Virus record (IMG/VR): IMGVR_UViG_3300045988_019421
Coordinates: 31,999 to 95,998 of that record
DNA: 64,000 nt
Strand: one strand, 5' to 3'
Source: a virus
Below the pieces are notes generated by a model. The model was given only the letters and a program-made list of their open reading frames with translations. It did not search any database and was not told the origin of the DNA. How positions within the stretch are numbered: position 1 is the stretch's first letter; each line of letters begins with the position of its first letter. The position numbers were made by a program, and so were the translations under genes. Shown here piece after piece: positions 50,028-62,000 of the stretch.

Positions 50028-53000
50028 ATGGTTTCGGACTATTCGATAAATATATTTGATAGTGTTGATAATAATGCTATCTTTGATACTGTTAGTAATT
50101 ACTTAATTAATAATATAAAGTATATGAGTTGTACTCCTAGTAATCCTAAATTAGATAAGCTATTAGAGCTTACTAATAATGATGTTAGAAAGTCTACCGA
50201 ATATCTTGCTACTATCGAAGATACTAGTTTTCGTGAGTGGTATCAAGAAAAGACCGGTAGAGATTTCAATGAAGAGAGTATTGATGCAAACACTGTTAAT
50301 GCTGTTATAGCATATAATAACAGAGAGACGATTAATACTCAAGATTATGTTCAGAATGTTCGTACTTCACGAACCGGTGTATTTGGTAATGATATAGCAA
50401 AGGAAGACCATGCTATTAATATTCTTAGTACTATTTATCTAAAGAGCCAAGGAAGTATTCGTAAAGCTCTTGCTAATAGAAAACGTAAAGGTGAGAAAGA
50501 AGTTCTAAAGGATAAAGCCGGTAACGAGTTAAGTCCTCAAGCTGCTGTAAAGTTAACTATGATTACTTATCTTAATCGACATCTTAAAGAAAATGATAAG
50601 AAACTTACGCAAGAACAAAAGGCTTATATCGGTACTATTATTCGTAATCTTTATGATGGTGGTAATTATAACCGTAATGAGTTATTTGATATTGTTATTA
50701 ATTCACCCGAAGTTATTAGTCTTAGCAAAGAGTTTGGTATAGATACTAACGAGGATTATGAAACTAATGACGATGCTAAAGAAGGAAGTGAACAAGATAG
50801 TCGCCAAGAAGACCCTGAAACTATTGCCTCTTTACGTGCTGATTGGTCTGAATTAGCCGACCAACGTAAAGACATTGATAAGAATGTTAGTAAAGAAGTA
50901 AAAGAATGGTTTGCTCGTTTGCCTAAAACTAATAGTAATTCTTTTATTAATGAAAAACCTGATACAGCTAGTGATACTTATTCAGGTATAGCTGAAAGTG
51001 TTGGATTCTCTAGTTCTTTTAAAGCATTGAATAATTATGGTAACTTCTCTAGTGTTGAAGCTATGGTAGAAAGTTTCCATACTATTGCTGAAAGATTTAA
51101 AGAAGTATCTCATTTAGAATATGCTGCTCGTCTACTAGAAGATGAAGCTAATGTTCAGATAAGAAATAAGATATTTACTCAACTAAAACAATCTATTTGG
51201 GAACGTAATGAAGTAATTCAAAGTGCAGATGGTTCTAATGTAGTGACTAAAAATCGTAATACTTTCCCTAAACTTAATCTGCAAAATAAGATACTTAATA
51301 GTTTTGATTCTCTTGTTCATAATCCTTCTATTATGAATGGAGATGTTGCAGTATTAGAAGAACTTAAAAATAGATTATCCACATTAAACAATTCAGATAC
51401 AAATGAAATACAAGAAATCTCGGAAGAGCTTGCGGCAATCTTTAATAAATATAACTTCGGCATCAATAGGCAGGGTGTTATTAACTACATTCGTAGCTTC
51501 GGTGATAGTCAACTTTCTAATATCACTAGTCTTGTCAACGATTTGCTAGAATTTAATAAAGTTGTAGCTAATGCGTCTAATATATTAAAGATAGATAATG
51601 AAGCACAACGTATATATTATGCAGGTGAATATAGTAAAGCTAAGAACGATGAAGAATATACAGTAGTTCCATTTGATAAATCTCAACTACAATATAAAGG
51701 TGGTTATGCTAATAATATAGCTAATCGTATATCTGATAGATTTAAAGACTATCAAATAGTAGATTCTGAATTTAATAGTATTAATGCAGAGAACAATCTA
51801 GTTAGTGATATTCTAAAGAATAACTATATTAGTAAATTCTTTGAAAGAATTAACGATAATCGTTATAATGATAATCCTACTTCTAACGTTGAACTTCGTG
51901 ACTATCTAGTAAAGTTTACTAATATTCCTCAATATCAATATAGTAATATACTTATTGAGAAAACTCTATCTAATGGTAAAGTAATTCCCGGTCTACTCCG
52001 TCTCACCGACACTGGTTACGAACTTACTGAATATTATCGTGAGTTTGGTGCACAGTTGTATAATGGTGTTAGTAATGAAGTTACAGGAAAGGCTAAATCT
52101 TATAAAGATATTAATGCTCTTGAATGGGATATTATTACTCTGAATGAATACGCTAATAATGGAGATAACTACGAAATGGCTAAAGGAGTTAAGAAATCTA
52201 AGTTCTTTACCCAAACTCCTTCTGACGCTCCAAAGACTTTCGTATTCAATAGCTACAAGTTAGATATTAATGATTTATTTATTAGACAAACAACAGGTAG
52301 TGAAATAATATTTGAACAATCTTCGTCTGAAAACTACAATGAAAGAACCAATATTAATGCAAACGCAGATGTAACAATAGCGTTTGCTATGGACTTTACG
52401 ACTGCTGGCGAAAAGGTTACAAAGAAGTATGTAGAAAACAATAATAAATTGTATATCCCGATTGATATGAAAAATCTGAAAGGGGTAACAATAGAAGAGA
52501 TAGCAGATAAGATTATAGATAATATAAATAAAAAATATAGTAGTTTATTTCAAAGAGATATAAGTATAAATATTGCAGGTAATGGTATATATACTTTTGA
52601 AAGATATAATATAAACCAAAATAGGATAGATTCATTTATTTATAATGTTCTAAGAAATGTTATAAATAGTCCTAAATTAAATGTTAAAGTAAATCTAATA
52701 AGAAGTGGAGGACAAACAGGTGCAGATGAATCAGGTGCTAAAGCAGGTAAACAGTTAGGAATAAAAACTATTGTATTAGCTCCAAAAGGCTATCGTTTTA
52801 GAAGAAGCGATAATAGAGATATATTTTCAGAAAGTGAATTTAAATCAAGATTTGGAAAATTTAATTCAAGTTCTGTTACATCTATAAATCATAATCATCC
52901 TATATATATTGCTTATGCTAACATCTATGCTAAAGAACTAGCAGAAATGGCACAAGCTATTAACTTCTTATTCGAAACTACTGTTGAGAATGGAGTAGTA

Positions 53001-56000
53001 ACTATTGTGTCTGACGAAAATGGTAAACCTAAGATAAAAGAAGAGTTTAAAGATTTACGTAAATCAGAAGCTAGACTTAATTATCATTATCGTAAAAGTA
53101 TTCTCGATAGTAATGGCAATCCTACTGGTAATGTATTTAAATTTAGAAGTTTACTTATTGATAAAGTCAATAAGATTGACAACTATAAATATAGTAGTAG
53201 TGAGATAGCCAAAAGAGTAGATATGAACTGGTTATTCGAGGAAGGAAGCGTATTCTCGCTTCTTTACGGGGGAAAGAATAGTGAAATATCGCTAATACAA
53301 GATGAGAACGGAGAATATAATATTAGACTTACTGGAGGACTTCGTAATTCTGTATATAACTATATAGATAACTACATTAATTATAGAATACAAGAAGCTA
53401 TTACTAAATACAGTTCTGATAAAGAGTTTGTAGATAAGTATAAAAATGCTAGTCAAGAATCATTCAATGCTTTCATTTCTGAAATGGTTCTTAATTATGA
53501 GATTCAATATAATAATCTAAATGATATATTCTTCGGAGATGAAGCATATTATAAAGATTCTCGTGATACTATTAAACGTAATAAAGAATACCAAGCCGGA
53601 GGATTAGCTTATGCAGGATATGATTTGTATAATGTACAGAAGCATTTGGGAGATATAACAGTAGCTCCTAATAAAACTATTAGTGTAGATAGTAGTTTCA
53701 AATATATTACTCTTGAAGATGTTCAAAGTAGTGGTAAAGTTCTTGATGATTTAAAGAAGCAATTAGATATAGCTAATGTATCTAAAGAAACTAGAGCTTT
53801 TATACTTAAACAGTTCTCTAAAGATAAGTCAGAAGTAACAGATGCTCAATCATTTATTACTCTTGATGAATTTGTTCGTAGAATGTATCTACGTGGAGAA
53901 TATGATAGTTATAAAGATTTAATCGAAGCTCTTTATGACGAAACTAAGCCTATTGATAATGTTAAATTAGGAGAATTATCTAAGAAGATACAAGTTCAGA
54001 AGAACTTCTATTATGACTTAGAAATAGACAATGATGCTAAGTTAGCTAATCCTATTCAGATTAAAAATGCAGAATTTGTACTAATACCTAGATTCTTAGG
54101 TAATAGTGAACTTGGTGCTTTAGCTAAATATATGACTGATAATAATATTGGTCAGGTTAACTTTACTACTACTGAAAAAGCTACTACTAATAGAGTACTA
54201 GAGTTTTGGGATTCTCATGGGAAATTCCCCTCTAAAGAGAAGTTGAAACGGTTTAACTTGGATATCCAAACTAAGTATAAAACTGGTTGGTATTCTAATC
54301 TTTATACCCAACAAGACATTCCTCAACACATGGATGGTGAGAATAAGGCTGGATTGCAGATTGTTAAGAAGCTAATAGATAATATTGGTAATACTCCCGA
54401 AGGTCAATCTCTTATTAAAGATTTCTTTGATAACTTTACTGCTAATATTCAAGATAGTTTTAAAGATGCTGCTTCTCGTATTGGTGTAGAGATTGATGCT
54501 AAAGGTAATGTAGTATACGAAGGTAATCAAGTTAAGATTGATAATAATAAGTTCATATCTCTTATTAAAGACGAGTTAACTCGTAGAGGATTAGATAGTA
54601 ATTATCGTAAGTATGCTGAAATAAATCCTGAAACTGGATTGCCTTATATGCCTACTTGGACTAATCTAGTTCGTAGCAAGATAGAAAATATTGTAAATAG
54701 TATATTTACTAATCGTGTTACTCGACAAGTACTTCCAGGATTTCATGCTAGTCAAGTTTCAGATATTGGTATGACTGAACTATCAGGTCGTAGTGATTTA
54801 AGAGATTTGATGCAATCAAGAGTAGAAGAGAAGCATGGTTATTCTCTTGGTCGTAAACTAACATATCATAAAGACGGTAGTCAGATAGTAGAAATACTGT
54901 TACCTAAATGGATGGTAAAGGCTTATAATACTTATGATTCAGAAGGTAATCTAGTTAATGAAGTTACTCTTGAAGATTTACAATCTGCTGGACTTGATAC
55001 TATGATTGGTTATCGTATTCCAACAGAAGGTAAACAATCAGTAGCAGTAATGAAAGTTGTAGGTTTATTAGATGAATCTCAAGGTTCTACTATTGTTGTT
55101 CCTGATGAATGGGTATTACAAACTGGTGCTGACTTTGATATTGACAGTATCTATGGTATTTATCATACTGCTACATTCGATAAGAATGGTAAACCACAGA
55201 AAGTTGAATATATAGAAGGAGAAGATGATGCAGCAGTAAATAGAAGATATAATAACTATCTGTTTAATAATCTAAGTAAAGAGAATATTCAAGATGCTAG
55301 AGATATTGCAATAGATTTAAGTCAAGAAGGACTAAGCTATGCAGAAGCTTATGAATCAGCTATTACTAAATATGCTGAACAAGGAGGACTTTATTCTAAA
55401 GAAGAATTTAGTAAGCTAACAGTAGCTCAACAGAATACTCGTGATGCTCGTAACAATAAGATAGTAGATACATTTATTAAGATAATGAATCTACCAGTAT
55501 CTATTGGTGAAAACTTATCTTCTAGTAACTTTGAAGATATTAAAGCTGCAAAAGCTAATATCTTTGAAGGTTTATCAGAGACTTATCGTAATATTAATTC
55601 AGTAATTGCTCAAAATTGGTATCGTGATGCTAATATGTCCGGTGCGCGTCTTAAAGCTATTTCTGTTAATCGTGACAACTTCGCCTCTATTAGTAACAAA
55701 GCTAAAACTATTGTTGACGGTGCACACGGTGGTTTTAGGTTTACTTATACATATAGCACAGAGAAAGAAGCAAAAGACGCACAAAGTAAACTAAGAAAAC
55801 GTTTTAGAGATGTAACTAGAAAAGGTAAAGAAGTAACAGTAGACCATAATCAGTTGGGTTGGAGTTACGATAATCTTAATATAGATAATCGTTTGATTAC
55901 TCCTTATTCTTCTGAAACTACTGCTCTTATTCTTGATGGTGTAAAAGAAGGTGGTGTTCCTAATGTAGATTTGTATACTTTTGATGTATATAAATCTATT

Positions 56001-59000
56001 GTAGATTGTGGTGCTAATTATGAAACATCTATTCTATTTATTAATCAACCAGTAATAACTGAACTTATTGCTAGACAAAATGCTAACGATAATGTATTCG
56101 GAGAGACTGGATTTAATCCTCTTATTGGATTAAGACGAGACATGTATGTAAGATTAGCTAAAGCTGTTGGTATTCCTACTAATAGTATTACTAAAAAGAC
56201 TCGTCTTAAAGATGTTAAGAAAATGCTTGAGAGTAGAGGAATAGAGATTAACGAAGATGAACTTCTTGAAGAAGGAATAAAAGTAACTGAACTAAGAGAA
56301 CATCTTAAAGATGATGTAGAGAATGTTAGTTCTACTAATACAGATAATCTCATATATCAAATTAAAGCGTTAAGAGCATTTGAATATTTTAAAGAGATAG
56401 GCGACCAAATCAATTCCAATATGATGGTTATCACTAGTGATAAGTTTGGTGCTGGTAAATCTGCTAATGAAATAGATAATGTTATTAATCGTATTAATGA
56501 TATTAAGGAGAATAATGTTGGTCGTATAAAAAAAGGTCAACCTGTTCTTAAAGCAGTTACAGAAGAAGGTAACAAGTATCTAATAGATGCTATTTATCCT
56601 AAGACTAATTTCAATACTATTAATGATATTAATAAGGATGAACTAGAATCTGCATATCCTTCTTTATATTATCAGTTAAAGTATAGTTGTATAGCTACTG
56701 AAAAGATTATTCGTGATAGTGAGATATTCAAAACTCAAACACCGCAATTCCGTGAATTAGTTAGTAAGTTTGGTATTCGTAATCTTCAAACTATTCAGCA
56801 GTTAGAGAGTTTCATTATTAATATGAGCCAAGCACAGTCTAACTTTGTTAATACTAATAGATTCATAACTAAAAGTGATAATGAGTTTATACCTAGCTAT
56901 AATATAAATCTTATTAGTAGCCAACAAGATACTCGTGCTAGATTATATGGATATACTGATATAGTAGGTAGTTTCGATATGTCTGATATGTCTGAAAAGA
57001 ACGTAGAAGCATTTATGAAATTATCTCCTGCCAATAAAGTAGCATTGATTCAAAGATATACTTCTGATAATAATCTATTTAAGAATTTAAATGTTGAGTA
57101 TAAAGGTCGTCGTAATAGTTATAATAGAATAACTATTGTTGATAGTACTATATCTACTGAATCTCAATATCAAATGTTCCGTAATGCTTGGCATAATAAT
57201 AATCCATTTATTAAACTTGCTACTATGGATTTGATAAGATATTCTATGGTAGTAGAAGGTTATAAATTTAAAGGTGGTACAGTTAGTAAAATTATTCCTG
57301 TTGAATTATTATATGGACAAGATACTGGTATTGATTCTGATAATGGAGTTTCTTCAGCTACTAATATTATTAATGATTCAGATAGAGCTATTAATAGCAT
57401 GATTCAATATGGTAGTGAGACAGGAACTTATGAAAGAGCTAGCAATGATGCGGCAACTATTGAAAAGTTACGTGACTTATTCTTTAGAACTAATCCTAAT
57501 AATCCTGATGTATTAGTATTTGAGAATAAGAAGTATAAAGAATCCAATAAGATAACATTTAATAGATTAGATGTTGGAAGACTTAGCTTTAAAGAAGCTC
57601 AAGAACGCGGAATGATTACTGGTAGTGAGAATAATCGTAGGTATCGTTATTATGCTAAGACTAATGATAACAATAAAACTCTGCGATTATATAAACTAGT
57701 ATATTATAACGATACTGTTTATATGTTACCTACTAATCCATTAGAACAGAATGAAATTGGAGAAGTAAGTGTTAATCCTGATAATAATAGAATGTTTCTT
57801 CCATTAGATATATTAGAAGATGTTTCTATTAATCAATATGATGCTGCTTTTATTAGTTCTGTAAATATCGGTATTACTTCTGATACTCGTAAGTTTATGG
57901 TTCTTCCTACTGTATTTGAAAGAGGAGCTGATACATTAATCGAAGAAGTATTTCCTAATAGTATTGTCTTGACTTCCCCCATAAAGGAGCAGCAAATTGA
58001 TACTTCTCGTAAGTACATTGTGGCTATTACCGATAATAATACTCTATTAGAAACTATTGAATCTCTTGATGCAGCTGGTGTTCATGATTATGTAGTTGCT
58101 GCTCCTAATATGAATTATAATAATATTCGTAGGATTATTAATGAACGTAATAATGCAGATATTGCAGCTAAGAGATTACAAGCAGCTATGACTAAGCTAG
58201 ATGCTAATGAAGTTCAACTTAGAAAGAAGAAATCAGATAATTCTGAATCTCCTTATTATGCTCAACTTAAAGCTAGCATTAATCAAACTATTAATGATGT
58301 AAATGTTAATGGTATTGGATTTGTTCCTGTTTTACAAACAGTGATAGACAATACTGGTTTTAGACCCAATGGATATTTCAGATATGAAAAAGAAGGTAAT
58401 GTTTATATCGTTACTAACTTAGGACGTATAACTACTAAATCGGTTAGTCTTACTCCTGATTATTCATATAGTAGAAAAACTATTATTAATAGTGTGTCTC
58501 AACTAGAATTTCCTAGACGCAATGCTTTAACTCAAGTAGTTAAAGAAAATGCTAGATTAGATAAATTCGCTAACAATAATATTATTAGAGTTCAGACAGA
58601 AGAGAACTTTATTAATGAAGATGTACTTGAATCAGCATTAGTAGATAATGATAGAGAAATTAACGAATATATTTCTCGTGTAATTGAAAGTGTTGAGAGA
58701 AGTAATGCTAATGTTGAAGAAGCAGCTCTTAATGATGCTTTCCGTTCATTCGCCTCTATTGACTTACGTTCTAATACAGCTACTAAGTTAAATGATAACT
58801 TACGTGAGCAAGCACTGAAAATCATTAACGGTTATACTAATAGACGTATTGATGATTTCTTATTTGATATTCATAATTTCTATACTACTTATGTTACTAA
58901 TCCTGATGGTACTTATAAACTAGACGAAAATGGTAATAAGATAGTAATGGAGAAATGGGGTATAACTAATAAGAAGTTATTCGACCGTATGTTAGAAGAT

Positions 59001-62000
59001 GAAACATTACGTACTCGTTATGAAATGTTCCTAGATGACATTAATAGATTTGTAGAAGATTATTCTATTATTGAAGCTATTCAACCTTACGATATTGATG
59101 AAGCTCATAGTGTAAGTGAGACAGAAGAAGAAATAGAAGGTTTACGTAGAACTAATGATATGCTTAAACAAATCAAAGATAAGTTCAAACGTATTAAAGA
59201 CTTAGATAATGTAGTTAAGCGTAGTACTAAGATGTACTTCGATAGTTATATTACTAGTCTTTCTAGTGACCCTCGTGTTCAATCTAATATGCTTAGTATT
59301 ACAGAAGCATTTGAAGATGAGAACTTCTTCCAGTTTTGGTTAGCTGATAGTCAAGAGACACATATTCCAATAGTTCAGATAGTTCTAAAACAAATGATGA
59401 ACCAATTAAGAGCTAGTGAGATTAATGCTCGTGATAGAAAGATAACCTTTACTTCCGCTATTTCAGCGATTATCGAGGACGCAAAAAGCAACGGTGTAAA
59501 CGTGTCTCTGAACGATATTTTGGACGAAAATGGCAATCTTTTGCTGCTGTATAATGAATCGTTCACTGATAAATTAAGGTCGTTAAAAGAGGCTGTAAAG
59601 CTGGCTCAAATCGACGACCCGAATGGTCGGGACGGTCTTATATATAAGAAAGCTAAGGATGAACTAGAGAAGTTCTTAATAGATAATGTAGAAAGAGAGA
59701 ATGTAAAAGAGTTTTATCAAGACTACTATGATATGAATCAAATACTTAATAAATATCCTCAAACTTATGTTAAGTTAATGAAGATATTACATGAGGAAGG
59801 AGATATATTAAGTACAATGATTGATAATGATTATAGTACTCTTACTGTTCAGAATGCAAGAAGGCTTGAAGAGCTTAGAAATGAGTTAGCAGAAATGCGA
59901 GCTACTATTGATATGGATGGTAATTATAAAGAGAATTATCAAGAAGCTAATGCTGTTAATAATTACTTGTCACGTAGACGTCAGTTAAATAATAAGTATA
60001 AAGAGAGTAAACCTAAAGATGCTTTTACTATTCGTTATAAACAAGCTATTGAAGGTTTACAATATCCTGAAACTTCTGAAACTTATAGAGAATCAGTAGA
60101 ATGGTTAAAAGCTAATACTGATTATAAGTTAAAAGGAGAGTTCTTAGAAGAACTAAAGAAGGCTTATATGGATACTCGTTTAGGTAATCCTTTCGATAGT
60201 TTCGTTCGTACTATGGCTTATGGTAAGTATGATTCAGAAGGTGTTATTGATGGTACTAAGTTTACCGATGTTCAAATAGCTAATCTAAAGAAACATCAGG
60301 AGCAAATGTTTGCCGCTGCTGTTGGTCGCGTTAAGCCAAATGAACAGAAAGCTCAAGAATGGTTAGATAATCATGTTAGTTATATCAATACTGTTTACTA
60401 TGAAGCTATGTATGTAGCTATGAACAAAATGGGTAAAGTAGTATTTGATAAATGGTATAACGAGAATCATGTACTTAATCCTATTACTAAAGAATACGAA
60501 CCATTAGCTATTTGGAAACAAATGGTAGTTAAGGACGAAGCTAATAATATGGAATATAGTCCTAAATATAAATGGTTAGAAACTAAAGTTAAAGACCAAT
60601 ATAAGAATCCTAACTATGATGAAGTTAAGCTACAACCTTCTACTAATAAATATCGTAACGATAAGTATTATGGAATGAATAATTATCAGCAACAATTATA
60701 TAATGAAGTAGATTCTCTTCTTAACGAACTTGTTAAAGATAAACGTAGTCGCGCTTATATTAATCGTGGTTATTTACCTAATCAAGCTATTGAACAGCCA
60801 AGTCAAGGTTTTGCTGACTATTGGCAAGACTTTAAACGTAGTCATGGTTGGTATGATACTCCTAATAAATCTGATATAGAACTTAATCTATATAAGAGGT
60901 TTAGTAATGCTCCTATGCTTCATAGTTTATCGGAAGTTAAGTTACTTCCTATTCGTGAACAACAAGAAGGAGAAACTAAAGAAGAATATCTAACTTATGT
61001 TCGTGAAACTCAAGCTAAGAATAATGAATTACGTAAACAAAGAGCACAGGAAAATGCAGAACGTAATAATCCAAATGTTCTTGAAAGACTTAATTCATTT
61101 ATAGATAGTATGTATAACTTTAATACTCGTAATGATATAGCTAGATTAGCTAAGATTACTAGTAATCAATTACGTAATATGGATATTATTAAGAGAAATC
61201 CTAATGATAAACTTATGGATAATAGATTACTTAGTAGAATTACTGGTAAACAAGAAATACGTACTACTAAGAGTGATGATTCGAATATAGTTAAACACTT
61301 CGAGAATCAAGTTCGTAAGTTAGTATTTAATGAATTTGAAATGGATGAAGGTACTCGTTCTAAAGTATCTCGTGTTATGCGTAATATGGTATCTAGTAAG
61401 TTTATGATGTTAAACATTACTGGTGGTATTGCTAACGTTCTATACGGTAAGACACAGATACAAATGGAAATGGCTGCCGGACAATTCTTTAAATACAAAG
61501 ACTTCCGTAAAGGTGAGAACGAATGGATGCAGAATATAGGTAGTTATTTAGCAGATGCTTATAATGAAACTACTAATAATGAAACTAATGCCGTTATTAG
61601 ATTATTTAATGTTATTGAATCTGATATGGTAACAGAACGTTATGGTAAAGGTAGTAATCCAATGGGTAAATTAGAGAACCTATTGTTTATCCAACAGACA
61701 GCAGGTGAACATTATATGCAGAACGCTACATTGTTAGCTATGCTTCATTCTCATAGAGTTGTTGCTGTTAATGGTAAGAATAAAGTAATGTCATTTGAAC
61801 AGTTTGCTATGAGACTTAGAGAAGAAGCATTACTTAAAGTTCTTCGTAAGAATAATCCTGAATTAGTTACTAAATATGAAACATTCAGAGATAAAGTGCT
61901 TGAATCATATATTGAGAAAGAACGTTATGTTAAGTTTAAAGCTGATATAATAACTGACTTCTTACGCTCTGTTCCTAAAGAGATAAGAGAAGAGTTTAAA

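Noticed and set aside
1267-62000. About 45 minus-strand ORFs of 60-148 aa in the track, nested inside the large + strand genes (for example 1267-1491, 6123-6560, 7915-8220, 31466-31912, 46615-46938, 56045-56353).
   Set aside because: All are antisense to long, coherent + strand ORFs. Their translations are low-complexity (Ile/Ser/Leu/Asn/Phe-rich), as expected from reading AT-rich coding DNA backwards. No promoter or terminator context supports them.
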